Under the pieces are notes generated by a model. It was not told the DNA's origin. It searched no databases and saw only the letters and a program-made list of their open reading frames with translations. Both the position numbers and the translations under genes were made by a program. Shown here one piece after another: positions 11,728-25,078 of a stretch of 64,000 nucleotides of DNA. The DNA comes from Heptranchias perlo (lineage: Eukaryota): the NCBI RefSeq assembly GCF_035084215.1, contig NC_090334.1, forward strand, positions 7,936,001-8,000,000, written 5' to 3'. The stretch's first letter is position 1. Every line of letters starts with the position of its first letter.

Positions 11728-13742
11728 CCAACCTTGGTTCAGTGATTGCACTCTCATCTCTGAGTCAGAAGGTCATGGGTTCAAGTCCCACTTCAGAATA
11801 CTTAATCTGGGCTGACACTTCAGTGCAGTACTGAGGGATATGCTGTGTTTTGGATGATGTTAAACAAAGACCCCACCTGCCCTAACAGATACACATAAAA
11901 AATCTTATGGCGCTATTCAAAGAAAGGCAGAGGAGTTCTCCCAGTGTCCTGAACAACGTTTATCCCTCAACCAGCATCTCCAAAACAGATTATCTGGTTG
12001 TTTATCTGATTGCTGTTTGTGGGACCTTAGGTGTGCAAATTGGCTGCTGTGGGCGCTAAATTGGGCCGTGTAGCGACCGTTGTTTCGGCGCACGCACGTT
12101 TCCAGCATGACGTGCGCCAGAGGCCATCTTGGTATAGGAGTTAGCGCAGACGCAGATAACGAATGCTGGAATCATGTAAGGTAGGGCGAAAATGGCTTCA
12201 ATCAGTGTGCAACGCTGATTTAAAGTGATAAGTCCCAAAATGGTGTCTAACGCTCAACTCAACACACAGTCTTAACCCCGACCATCTGAACATGTCTTAG
12301 AGTGCCTGGAGGACCCCCATAAGGGACTATGTAGGATTTACAGGTTAGTTGCTTCTGGCTGTGGAGATATTTGTAACTGTTTTTGGAGGTCTCCTAGATT
12401 TGAATACGCAGAGACTTGACCTAACATTTGGAGCCAGGACAAGCAGGAGTGAAGTTAGGAAATGCTTCTACATGCAAAGGGTGGGAGACGTTTGGAACGC
12501 TGTTCTGCAGATGGCAGTTGATGCTAGCTCAATTGTGAATGTTAAATCTGAGATTGATAGATTTCTGTGAACCAAGGGTATTAAGGGATATGGGGCTAAG
12601 GCAGCTATATGGAGTTAAGTCACTGGTCCAACATGATCTCATTGAATGGCGGAACAGGCTCGAGGGGCTAAATGCCACTGCCACTTGCTGCCTCTTGATA
12701 TGCGCCACCTTCTCCTGCAAGAAAGCGGAACGTGTGTCTGGGTGATGTGCCTGTCATGGTTGAATAGCTGCCAATGTGTGTGGCCTGTGAGTTGTGGGTG
12801 GGAGGATTGAAACAGTGGTAATGTGTAAGGGTGAGAGGAAGCATCTGGTGGTAAGAGTTGAGTACTGATGGAAAGAGTTTATTGGTATGTGGGTGATGGG
12901 GTGTGTAGTGCATGGTGCAGTTGGTAGGAGACACCACTTGACAGTTGACCTCACTCGCCTTGACCACTCATGTCAAAGCATTGAACTTGTTCCTGCACTG
13001 CATCCATGTTCATGATGCCGTGGGCCTGGCATTGACTTTGTCCCCCGCTGCTTCCCACTGCCTTTTGAGTATATGTCTGGAGGGCCTCTTGCCCCCCACA
13101 CCCCCCGCGGATATAGGATGCCCCTCCTTCTGTCCATCTCTTGCACCCAAGGTCTCTAGTGCATCAGCAGAGAACCTTGGTGCATGCACTCTCGCAGGCC
13201 TGGTACCAACTCAGATCGGTGAGGTCTGGCGTGCAGATTGGAGGATGTGGGATTTAGTAATGCACAACCTTTATTCAATGTTTGAACATAACCGATCAGT
13301 GTGTAAACATAGGGACGGGACCTGCATCTGTGTTTTACATATGCAATGTCTGATCTCCGTTCAGATTCCGTACAGAGAGTAGACTGTTATTTTCAGCAAA
13401 TAACGGGTACCAGCTACCTTTAAGAGATTTCTAAGAAACATACTCCCTTTAAGAGATTGCGCTCTCTCTGCTGGTGGAAAGTGCGAATTGCATTCATTCC
13501 ACGTGCAGGGCCTGGAAAGGAACGCTGATTGCAGGTAAGTCCTCGGGTGGGCCCAAACTTGAGTCCTACCTGCACAGGTGTCATTGGGCATGGGGTAATA
13601 GCACATCACGCTACCTGTGCCCAAAAATGGCTCCTATCCAATTTTCCCCCCAGTGTTTCCTTACATTACAACAGTGACTGCACTTCAAAAGTATTTAATT
13701 GGCTGTGAAGCACTTTGGGATGTCCTGAGGTGCTAGTTCTTT
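11728..13742 (+). mobile_element. DeuSINE (SacSINE1-like) split by a DNA transposon (halves 11728-12049 and 13653-13742)
   Basis: tRNA-like head (ggttcaagtccc); body breaks at aattggctgc and resumes at gtttccttacattacaacagtgac. Confidence 0.82.
12050..13652 (-). mobile_element. PIF/Harbinger-like non-autonomous DNA transposon with a decayed Myb/SANT-like ORF; contains a CR1 3' fragment (~12410-12675, +)
   Basis: Imperfect TIRs tgggcgctaaattgg / ccaattttcccccca; minus-strand ~12960-13200 reads APRFSADALE...KRQWEAAGDKVNARP..TWMQCRNKFNAL. Confidence 0.7.
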
Positions 13743-13884
13743 TTACCTAATGACTCCTTCTGGAAAGTGTGCATATGTGGATACTGGGCAAGGACGGGGA
13801 TCAGGCTAGGCTGGGCTGTCAACATTCCTGTCTAAAAGAGGTAATGGGGGCCTAAATAATTGAGTACTTGGCTTAGGGAAATAA

Positions 13885-14460
13885 GAGACAAAACCCTGGT
13901 TAGACCGCACCTGGAGTACTGTGAGCAGTTCTGGGCACCGCACCTTCGGAAGGACATATTGGCCTTGGAGGGAGTGCAGCGTAGGTTTACTAGAATGATA
14001 TCCGGACTTCAAGGGTTAAGTTACGAGGAGAGATTACACAAATTGGGGTTGTATTCTCCAGAGTTTAGAAGGTTATGGAGTGATCTGATCGAAGTTTATA
14101 AGATATTAAGGGGAATGGATAGGGTGGATAGAGAGAAACTATTTCCGCTGGTTGGGGATTCTCGGAATAGGGGGCTCGGTCTAAAAATTAGAGCCAGACC
14201 TTTCAGGAGATAGATTAGAAAACATTTCTACACACAAAGGGTGGTAGAAGTTTGGAACTCTCTTCCGCAAATGGCAATTGATACTAGCTCAATTGCTAAA
14301 CTTAAATGTGAGATAGATAGCTTTTTGGCAACCAAAGATATTAAGGAATATGGGCCAAAGGCAAGGTATATGGAGTTAGATCACAGATCAGCCATGATCT
14401 TATCAAATGGCGGAGCAGGCACGAGGGGCTGAATGGCCTACTCCTGTTCCTATGTTTCTA
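13885..14460 (+). mobile_element. CR1 3' fragment, close relative of the 553-2113 copy
   Basis: KTLVRPHLEYCEQFWAPHLRKDILALEGVQRRFTRMI; nearly the same sequence as 1545-2113. Confidence 0.93.
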
Positions 14461-15185
14461 AATGATCAAAATATTTAATCCAAGAGAAGCTTTAGTACAG
14501 TAATATATTGAAGATACTGGGATTTAACTGTTCTTCAAAGAATGCCAGTGTTGGTCAATCGCAGCAGTGAGGACACAATAGCTCATCTCACGTATGTATC
14601 ACTAAAATGAATTCAGTTAGACTTATGTTTGGGCCACAGACCAGTGCAGAGGAACAGGGCTGGAAATTTCAGTGAACTAGTTTCCCACAAGCTGGCAGCA
14701 GACAGCTGACCAGCCAGAGCTACATCAGATACCAATCTGGATTGTCTCCGAAGAGTGCGAACCAGTGAGGTTGTCCAAATGGTGCCAGAAATCGGAATTG
14801 CTCTGTTTCACTAGGGGCAATATAAGGGACGTGAGTATGTGACTGAACCCAGTGGAGCAAATGAGAAGCCTTGAGAGCGAGCATGAAGCCAGAAATTGTA
14901 TCACATAATTAATGGCATTTTTGACCATCCTGTTTCTCGATTCATGTAATACAGGGAAAGCCTAGAATATCCAGTTACGTATTTTGGGTTTGGTAATGCC
15001 AGTGAGTTCCTCACAAAGTCCTATAAGATCATACACAGCATGTCCCCTTCCTTAGATTAAAAACCCTTACTGTGCACTGATGATTTCCCCTATTACAGTA
15101 TATCAAGGAACTGACATAATTTTACATTTTACAGGCTATTATTAAAAGTACCCACTGAAGTAAAAGCAAATTCACATTTGCCAAA

Positions 15186-15370
15186 AATAAAAACAGAAAA
15201 CGCTAGAAATGCACAGTAGATCAGTCAGCATCTGTAAAGAGAAAAGACAGGTTATAGCATTTTGGGTGTGCACTCTTCATCTGCTGATGGTTGCACGCCC
15301 CAAACCTGTCTGTACTCTCCTCAGATGCTGACTGATCTGTTGCGTATTTCCAACATTTTCTGTTTCTATT
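15186..15370. repeat. Palindromic element made of two inverted Penelope-type termini
   Basis: aaaacagaaaacgctagaaat..agatcagtcagcatctg..agacaggtt pairs with aacctgtct..cagatgctgactgatct..atttccaacattttctgttt. Confidence 0.7.
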
Positions 15371-15543
15371 CCAGCATTCCTTTTTTTTTCATACTCTGAT
15401 GTCTGGCTTGTTCACTTATTTATCAACTCCCTTAAGATGTATGGGTATTCAAAAAATACAGGCTGCAATTTTAGCCCTAGCATTCTCAAGAAGTCCATTC
15501 TACTTGATGCATCTTTAACATGCCGCTGTTCTGGTATTCACAG

Positions 15544-15624
15544 TGCTACAGGGATCTTGGGAACAATGCAATTGCCCTACATTGGTTGGACTTAGCATCT
15601 AAGTTCCCTATCAAATCTAAAGAG
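15544..15624 (+). CDS. RMDN3: RMDN-family penultimate coding exon (CYRDLGNNAIALHWLDLASKFPIKSKE)
   Basis: ttcacag/...gag|gtaaga splice sites; 81 nt, in frame with the previous exon; resembles RMDN3 CYRELG...WWMKLALELP...KE. Confidence 0.87.
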
Positions 15625-16039
15625 GTAAGAATAATTCAGCACAGTATTAGCATCCTGTTTGTGTGAAACTCTTTAAAAAGTCTTCATGCTATTGAGATGG
15701 GCAGAAATTCTTATTTACAGATGAGTTGTGCCAATACAGGCCCATCTTAATTTCATAGTAAAGCTTTTCTGGACAGTTTTGCAACTTTGGACTTCATTTT
15801 AAAGTTCTATATAGAAACCAGTTTTGAAATACTAATGTATCTTTCCTTGAACACTCCACTATTATTTTTCATTGTGCCGTACCAGTGATATTGAGCATCC
15901 CTTCCACATTCTCATCTTTTCTAGAGGGACGCTGGCAGAGGCCCAGAGAAGGGGCTCCTGCCCAAGGAATGATGCTTGCCATGGACCTAAGCAAGAGAAG
16001 TGTACATTTAAAATGGGATTCGAACAAAATGTGGTACTG

Positions 16040-16320
16040 AGCCATACAGGCCAGGCTTGGTCTGTGCCTGGTTAGCTGATCTCACCTTGAATTAGGGGCA
16101 CTATAACCAACATCAGTGTCCAAGAGGAGGAAAAATCAGACAAGCTAACCCTTCCTGATCACTTTCCAGTAACTTCTGCTGGAAGAGTGTGCATGTGTAG
16201 ACATGGGCGAGGACAAGAACAGCTCAGTTGTGATTTTCCACCCATTCCTACTGGATGGGCAAATAACTGGCTAAATTGCAGAATCGGGCTTACATAAAGA
16301 GTGGCCTGAAACTGAAGGGC
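16040..16320 (+). mobile_element. Old, diverged SINE-like family; related copies at about 13745-13880, 17270-17700, 24600-24755, 25080-25200, 32330-32640(-), 42780-43050(-) and 60640-60950
   Basis: Recurrent motif cctgatcact..ccag..ctgctggaaagtgtgcatgtgtgga; the 60640 copy has a tRNA-like head (tagctcagtgg...ttcgaatcc). Confidence 0.5.
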
Positions 16321-16584
16321 TGCAAGTATCCACTGTGTTATAACTCCATAAGGTGGGGTGGTGGGGGGAAGGAGAGGTGGATCCAGCTAATGCGAGGTTG
16401 TCTTGAAGTTTCCAGTCTCCCAAGTACCATCCTACCCCTGTGAGGAAGCGCCTGCCCTCTGCTGGCTCCCTCCTGTCTCTTGGCTATGTGTAAATTTTCT
16501 GAAAGGTAGTCAGTCTCCTGTCACTCTAACACATACCTTTGCTTGTCTCCATATATCACAGGCCTATTCTTTCTCTTCATCTAG

Positions 16585-16641
16585 GACACAGATGCGCAGA
16601 AGGAGCTGGAAGAAATGCTAAATGTCCTCGTCCGCAGCTAA
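16585..16641 (+). CDS. RMDN3: RMDN-family terminal coding exon (DTDAQKELEEMLNVLVRS*)
   Basis: Pyrimidine tract plus ctag acceptor; in frame; resembles the RMDN C-terminal D..AQK(D/E)LEE motif; TAA stop. RMDN3 over RMDN2 is inferred from the retained Trp and linkage to CYP1C. Confidence 0.82.
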   Translation, partial: DTDAQKELEEMLNVLVRS

Positions 16642-19600
16642 GCACTGCCCTGTTAACCAGAAGGAGCGAGAGGGTCTTTGCAGAACGTCCTTGTGTTATG
16701 TAAACAAGTTCAACTTTAAATCCAACCTCTCCAGCTATTGTGGTATTTTATTCTGTCACTGAATAACCACAAATATCATAAATCATGTTAGCTTGGTCAG
16801 AGGTTGAGAATTTTTTCCAAATCCCAAAAAGGGCCACTCTTTTCTCAAATCCTTACATTAGAGGAGATAGACATTGGATCCCAATGAGTTGATAGTTTTA
16901 TTTTTCTTTGGCAGCAGAGACTTCCCATTCCGTGTGAAGAGTGTGACTTGCCTCCTTTATGTAAAAAATGTAATTTTCCATGGCTCCTATTCACATTCTT
17001 TCAACAAGTGCTTCAAGTGGGCTAATTTTAAGGGTGTTTCCTGCTATTTATTTAGATATATGTACATAACATGTACACACAGTTATAATGAAGACATTAT
17101 CTATTTTCAAGGGTATACTGCTTACAAGTTTCCAAAGCCACAGAAGAGGTGTTTCAGAAGTCTCTGTGACTTTGAGAGTTTGTATTATTAGTGTACTTAC
17201 CTCACCGCCATTTATAGTGCTTGTGCACCTTTGTGACTAACAAAGTGACTATGTATGTTTGGTGTGTGCTCCCTTTGGCTCAGCAGTGAGATCACATAAA
17301 CATTAATATTGAGATGGAACCTACCCAATGGCCATTTGGCGAAGTGAGTGTATAGCAGTCATTCAGAGCAGAATGAGCCAGGTTTGATTCTCGCTCTGTT
17401 GCATTAACTGAGCTCAGATCCAGCAGCAGTGGCAATGCGACAATTGGCCTTCAAGGCCCTGGGCTAAGGAGAGGAAAAGTCAGTTAATGTCTACGCTATT
17501 GATCACTGCTGGAAGTGTGCATGCATGTGGACATCCGGTGAGAACAGGATCAGGATCAGACCATGTCTGCCCTTGGCTTGCCAGCTTTTACCATATAGAC
17601 GCATTTGTGAAGATTTGCCATTTAAGTGTGGTATGGAAGGGGCACTCATGGAACTGCCCGAGTCAATACCTTCAGGAGAGGAAGGGAGAAAGTTGGCACA
17701 GATGGAAGAGAGATGTGTATTCTGGCATTTCGTAGCAAGAACTCGTGCTACTATATCTAAATTTGACTTAAGTGTAAGACTGTCTTATTACCATTGTCCA
17801 ATCTTGATATCATAGCATGTTAGCACAGTAAATTGTTCCTGGCTGAGACAGGGCCAGAATTCTGCCATCTGTCTCAATTCCACGATGGAGAATCAGATAA
17901 ATTCTCAGTGGCTGTTACCTTGAGCTGGGAGAAAGATTTCTGTTTACACTTCAAGTATATTTGAAATGTGGCATGTATTAAATGCCCTTTGCAGCTGTTC
18001 AAACCTGCATCTGTCACATAATATTGGCAAGTTAGCAAATAACTCAGTGCAGAGAGTAGCTTAGTAATGCTTTTCTACCCACCAAAGGCACTGTTTTCAT
18101 TTACAAGCACTGGCAGGAGCTGTATTGGCAGATAAAGTGGTCACACAGACGCAGAGCAGCTGCTTTGCTCTGTAGGCCATGTTTGAGTCATATAAGCACA
18201 CAAGGTCAGGGCCCTTGTACTTAAACAAGCAGCTGATTGGGTTTTCTTGGGCTCCTGTCATGCGGGAACAGGAATCTATTGATTGTTTTCATTTTAAATT
18301 GCTTTACCATCTGAAATTGTTCTCAATAAGGCCTGGACCGCAACTTACTTAGTTTTTAAGGGGGGGAATGTTAGGAGTTCCATTGACAAGGGAGCTCCTC
18401 TCCCAACAGGGCTGCCCAGCTCGCCAAGCACAAGTACACCCTCTCACGCACATGTTACACAGGTACTAAATCTACAGCGAAACACTTCAGCAGCAGGCCC
18501 AACATCAATCTGCACTGTCACCAACAGCATTTATACTGAATGAGAAATTCTGCTGCTGTATCAGTAACTGACACCTCTGTTGCCTGATGGGGAAAGAATA
18601 GACAACATGCACATTTTGCAATACTACAAAGGCACTTTGAGTTTTCAAAGAATAATTCATGATATCATGAACAGCAGCCAAAAATGCTCATCAATTGAGG
18701 GAAAGTAGACAATCAGAAAATCCATCCGACGTATTAAATTTCAGGGCATGTTCAATTTATCTCTCCCGTGGTCCCAAAACACACGATTACCTTTATATTA
18801 ATTTACTGCAAATAACAGCTTTATTATAACTTTTCATCTAACATGCAGCAGTTTTAACTCTCAGTGGCTGCTGTTTATATGATGATATTAACCACATCAC
18901 GTCTCTCCCAGCTCCATGTTCGGCAGCATTGTTTGCCCACCTAGTTTGAAAACTCCACCAGAACTCATTACTGAAATAATTATTGCTGGAGAGGGAGTGG
19001 AAGGCTGCCTTTACCTTCCACTTTCTGGTAACATAAACAAAAACTCCTAATTTGGATTACAGCTTCTATGATCTTAGTTATCTACATATTTTTGTCTCTG
19101 AAATCTCGTGTAAGAGCTTTCTGATTGGTTCAGTATAGTCTTCATACCCCAGCTTTCTAATTGTTGCAGTGTTTCCAGTGTGAAAAACAACCCAACAGAT
19201 AACATTAAAAAAAACATTTTGACTTTTGTGGTTGGGAGGTTATTAACTGTAGAATACAGTGAACCAGTCAGATACAAGGAGAAAGAATGTTGAGCTCCTC
19301 TTCACTGCCTAAATCTACACAGTGACCTACCAACCATGGAAAACAAGTAGCAAAGTAATAACTTACTGTGAAAGGTCCCATATAAAGTTGTTTTTCTTTC
19401 TCGCTAAGGCCCAACAACATATTTGCAACCCTCTGATCACCACCACTGTTTGTCTTTCCCTCCTGGGCACCCTCAACTTCCCTACTGCTCACCTCCTGGA
19501 CCTCCTTCCTGAGAGGCTTTGAGCCTTGCTAGTCACTCGCTCTGCACCCTCGAGTCTGACCAGCTGTCCACTTTATCCCTGACCCGTCCCCCTGTTCCGT

Positions 19601-22600
19601 GTCCTCTTCTCATGCCACCTTCTGTCTTATGAGCCTCAACACTTGACCGCTACATATTCCCTGCCTCAACCCTGCGCTCTTGTTTTCTCCTAACTCTCTG
19701 CTTATCCTGTGAGCAAGGCCACAGGAGATATACTGGTATATGTAATATTATAGACCTACCAGCATCCTACATATAATACGAATCTTCAAATTCTCTCCCA
19801 CTGAAAATAGTGGGAAATGAGCAGGGCAGCAAACCTCTGTACAGCTCACTATCACTAATATAATTGTTTATATTTTTGATTTGAACAGGCACTTGTCCCT
19901 TTTATATTTCCGACTCATTTGAATGGCTAAGCTACCTGCTGTTAGGTTTCTACCAGTGCCTCTAAAGTCAATGTCACTTGAATGAGCTAAAAACTACTGG
20001 AGGAGAGAAGAGGCAGAGAAACAACATACTGTGGGCAAGCACGGCCCTCCGTTTTAACTCCTCTCCCACATTTTCTGCACATGAGCTGAGGCATAACTGC
20101 AAGTCCTATTACTCTGTGGCACTGTAGCAGGCAGTTCCCAAGTTCGTGTTGCCAGGAGGTCATGCATATCAGGAATCCGTGGACACGCTGCGCACAATTT
20201 TCCAACCATTAATTTTAGTAGCTGTAAAATCAAGGGTAGCGCGCCCTTGGTTCCCGATAATACGCAGCCAGTGGGAGAGATTCCCACCAGCAGCATTAAC
20301 TCAGAAGATTGTCCCATGCGTGTTCAAACCATTGAATTGTTCTGTTAATTTTAAGAGCAGGAAGAAATGTCACTGGATCTCAAGAAGCATTAACTCGAAG
20401 GACAAGAACCTTCCGAGAATAGATCTTGGCACCACCTTCTGAACTGCACGTGGGTCAGTTGGTTTGGTGTGTACTACAAAAAGCTTACTGTACCAGAGAG
20501 AGAGTCTGGTCCAATGGTACTGGGATCGGTGGTCAGATGTGGGTGAGAGGGTGGCAAGGGAGAGTGCAAGGTATTTGTGAAAGGAGTCATTGGGATTTAA
20601 TTTTTACAGTTTTAAACACAAAGTTTTCATTCCTCTTGGTGCCTGAACCTCAGTGATCAGAATACTGGCATTGGTTCAGATGTCTCGACTGTTTTGAGCT
20701 AAACAGGCCCAAAGCCCACAGCCAAACTAACCACAAACTTTCCCGTGTAAAGTTTGAAGATAACATTTCTCACACATAAATTTTTCTATTAGAACAAGTT
20801 TGATTAATGTCAGTGGGTGCAGAACACATGGAATCTAGATTGTGTACAGAAACTGAACGTGACGGTGTCACAAAGGTATATCAAACTGGAGTAGTAGACA
20901 CAGTCAGCAGCTGAGGGATATCACTCTGAGAGTGACAGACACATTAGGAGAATCAGCATCATTGGGGACAGGGAGGAGTTAAATCATGAAAGGGGAACAG
21001 ACTGAGTTGCAAATTACTAGGTCCAGTGTTGAAATGTGGGGCCTTTATCCATACAGCAAGCCAGCTAACGTCTTTCTATATACCAAAAAGGTTGCTATGT
21101 GTCTGTGTGGCAGATGAGTTAATATTCTAGACGATAGATGCAGTTATCTTTGATATATGGTATAAGAGAAACAGCCCTTTGGACGAGGGGGTGTAGATTG
21201 ATAATGCACTCAAAGCGGCAATTGTTCCAAAGTGTTTCAAGCCAACTCTCTGTGGTCTAGCTGTCAGTGCGTGGTTCAGGGAATGCTTCTTCTATATGGA
21301 AACACATGGAGCTCTCCTTGTAATGGGTGATGCCTCTGATAACAGCCGTTATGCTGTGTGTCACAAGGCAGTGACATGGTGAGGGGTTCCGATGATTCGA
21401 CAAACTGTACTAGCACATTCCATCTTGTTAAAATGAAGCGCAGTGACATGTTGCTACACTGTCCCACAGGGTAGTACAACAGAGATTCTCCTTCAAAGGT
21501 CCCCCACAAGGTGAGCCAATGGAGGGAGGGAGGGAACAAGCAGCAACAAGGGTAGGGAACTTCAGACCAAGTCCACATGTGACACCATCTTATCTTCCAA
21601 CGTAAGGCCACCCAAGACTAGAGAGTGCTGTGGTGTGGGGAGGAATGGAGGAGAGAATTTTAGAAGTTAGGAGAAGCTAATTTGTGAAATGGAGGAGATA
21701 AATAAAAGTGAAAATTACAATTGATAAAATCTTGAATGACGACTGGTCACAGTTGATTAAATTAGTCTTAATAAAGTGTCTTTATCTGCCATCTAACAAG
21801 CAACTGCTGCTCAGTGCCAAACACATGAGATAATAGTGAGGAGCTCGGGTATTAGTCATGTTCAGGGCCAAGTAATGCAATGCTGTTGCCCAGGACTGCA
21901 GGGTAGATTCTGACTCTGGTTAGAAGGGCACAATCTTGATACATTGACTGCTGTCATTGTAAAGCTGCTGCATTAGGACCCAGAGGGGTTCTAAAACTCG
22001 AATTAACTGAGAGCAGAACTGATCATACACACAAGAGGCAGTGGATAACACTCTGCTTATTCAGTAGCATTGTGATGGAATCTTCTAAACTCTTATGAGG
22101 TATGTTTGCATCATGCAGTCTCTTGTTTTTGTTTTGCAAGAGTTAAAATTAGCACCAAGTATTTTGAATTTCCAGTTTTTGAATCTTAGGAAGTGAGTAC
22201 ATAATAATTGCAGCTGTAGATGTTCCACTTTCTAATACATTGAGTGCTGTCACTGGCATTTCAATAAACTGGGGGGGTGGGGATGTTGGTGAAATTTCCA
22301 CACTCTGTCCACTTATACTGTGACAAACACGCAGCAGCACAATTATCGATTCTGTTCTTCCAAACGTGAGTTGTGCCTGGACAGAGCAGTATTGGGATGA
22401 ATTACTGGTGGGTATTGGCTGTAGTGCAATATGTTGGTGACAGTACTGACATTGTTCAGCTTGTAATGCACTTTTTTAAAGCACTGCTGTGTAACCCATC
22501 ACTCGGTTTATAGAGTTCTCGGAACAATGATCATCCTGTACAGATTGCAGCACATCATGAGATCCCCATCCCTGACTACTAATCTACCAGATAGATTCTG

Positions 22601-23899
22601 GCATTCAGTTTTTAAAAAAATGAAGTAACTCTGAAGGCGGTGGTGAGCACGTCACCTTCTATTTAACGCTATTGAATTACTTAGCCCCTTCTCTTTCAAG
22701 CACAGAATCTCTACCTTTCTGTTTTCTTTTAATTAAAACATTTAGTTCTCTGATGATGAAGCAACAGGTTGCATATTAATATCCTCAGCCAGTCACCAGA
22801 TCATGTCCAAATGGAGATTGCTTCTAGCCACTGTTTAAACACAATGTTTTTATTTGCAGTTGAAACTGGAACATTCGTCTCAACCGAATCAAATCTTGAT
22901 CAAATTTTTCGTTTTAAAAAGCTATATTTTTTTGTACAGTAATTTACATTCCACCGTTAGCAAGAATGTTTTTTGTGATTCTTTTATATTCATCCAAGTT
23001 GTTTGGTCCTTTTTTTTAAATTGTATTTAAAAGAAATGCCTGTGCTTTTTGTGTGTGTGTGTATTTTTATTGTATGATGTCCTCACTAACTGGTGCTACT
23101 AAATTGAGACTATTTTCGTTCAGTTGGAAAAAGCCTGTTTTTTAAAAAAATCTAAGTGTTGAGGGAGCAGGAAGAGCATTTCCTCACCAACTGGCACCCA
23201 AATTTCCTAATACTTGCTCGTAAAGTTTCATGGCATCATGTGCCTGCTCTCTGTTCTTTTTAACCACAAAGGAAAAATGACACATCTTATCCCCAAATGT
23301 CTAATTTTTGCACATAGATTTTCTTTTGTATTATACAACTTGACCACCAAATCCTTCAGTTTCCTGAACACACAAAAATGCATCTAATGGGGTCTATGAT
23401 TAGTGAGCGAAGGGCTCACACAAAGCCCTCCACACAGCTAGTTTAATAACAGCAGCAAACGCAGCCCTCGCTAACATAATCCCCTGAGAATATCCTGCCT
23501 GTCCCACCCTCAGTGGCAATAACTTCCACCTCTCCTGCACAGTAACACTAATTAACATACACGATTAAAATCTTGCGTACTGAAATGAATAAGATTGTCA
23601 CTTTACTGCTGTCGTATATCTCATTTACAGTCAGCCTTGTTAATGGAGTAGAAACATTTAACCAGTCTCCCATTAATATCCCCAATATATTCAATAAATA
23701 TCTCACAGGTCTGAGGTGTAGTTACTTTATCAACAGGTAACACAACTTTTTCTGATACTTTTGTCTTGGTTTTCCCTAATCCACGATTATAACTTTGTTA
23801 TTTCCTGGAAGTACACTGAATTATCATTTGATAAACTTGATCACATCTAACTTGATAGTCCTTCAGTATGAACATTGTCCTGCATCACCAACATGGAAC

Positions 23900-24508
23900 T
23901 TTGAAAATTGGCCTCTGCCCAATTTCAGGCCCAGACATGTGTGCGAGAGGCCCGAGGACGGCTCGAAATTGGGCCTCAGACCTCATTAACATTTTATGCA
24001 CGAGCTGCCGGTGCCTGTCATGCATTTGAGGAGCATGAATGTCTGGTCGTTTGCCTTACCAGTAGCGACCCAAAGGTAAGTCCCAGGATGGGGGAGTGGA
24101 GCTGGCAGTGGTGGAAAGGGATGATAGTGACGACAGTGGAGTCGGGGAAAGAACTCCTGGTCCTTCCGGCTCCACAGGAAGGTTTATTATTTTAAAATCT
24201 CAAAACCCAACTTAAGTTGACGGCCGCATAAGAATCCTGAATGGGACAGGCATGATGCCTGTCTCACTCATCGCCGTTGAATTTCTGTTAGGGATCTAAA
24301 ATATGCGTTAGGCCCCTTATTTACATATTTAAGGGACGTAACCCCTGTTTTTGGTGCCGCCAAAGATGCCCGCAAAATGGTCTGACCTGATTTCATGTCA
24401 GATGTTTTTCAGGTATCCTTGTAGCGCAGGAGGCTTGGCCCCGACATTAGGTCTTGTGCCCGTTTTATGCTCATACGCCAGGTGCAACAAAGTCCAATTT
24501 TTACCCTG
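23900..24508. mobile_element. MITE-like element with Harbinger-like termini
   Basis: gaaaattgg...ccaatttttaccc ends resemble the TIRs of the 12050-13652 element; CpG-richer interior. Confidence 0.4.
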
Positions 24509-24756
24509 GAGCCTCCTGACCACTGATAGTGCAACTACCGAGCAACAAGCTTTTAAGTTCTGACCATCCCCTCCAGTTCAGGCATTGCACACAGACCACA
24601 AGAGTCTCAGGCTCCGTCCCTGGGCTATGCTAAATTAGGTGGTCTTAGCCAGGGTGGCAATAGAGAGGTTAATTGGCCACAGTGCCCCTGAGGGCAGGGG
24701 CCAGGACAATCGAGGATCAGGATCTCTGCTCCTGATTACCATCCAGCAGCCCCTGT

Positions 24757-25078
24757 GGAATAATGTAGTGGTTATGTTACTGGACTGGTAATCCAGAGAG
24801 CATAAGTTCAAATCCCACCATGGCAGTTTGAGAATTTGAACTAAAAAGCTTGTGGAAGTGATCATGAAGCTGTCGGATTGTCATAAAAGAGCAGGGGTTC
24901 AGTAATGTCCTTTAGGAAACCTGCCCTAAACTTAATTGTGGTAGAGTCTCAACTGTCCTCAGAAGTGGCTTAGCAAGACACTCAGTTGTATTGAACCACT
25001 ACTGAGGGCAACTAACAATGAGCAATAAATGCCAGCCTTGCCAGCAATCCCAATATCCTGAGTTTTACTTTTTTTTTT
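24757..25078 (+). mobile_element. tRNA-headed short element sharing 5' and 3' ends with the 5797-9012 LINE
   Basis: tagtggttatgttactggact..gttcaaatccc head joined to a gagggcaa..gcaataaatgccagccttgccagc tail. Confidence 0.75.

Noticed and set aside
18656-18671. Perfect 16-bp palindrome TTCATGATATCATGAA
   Set aside because: Isolated and AT-rich, with no supporting context.
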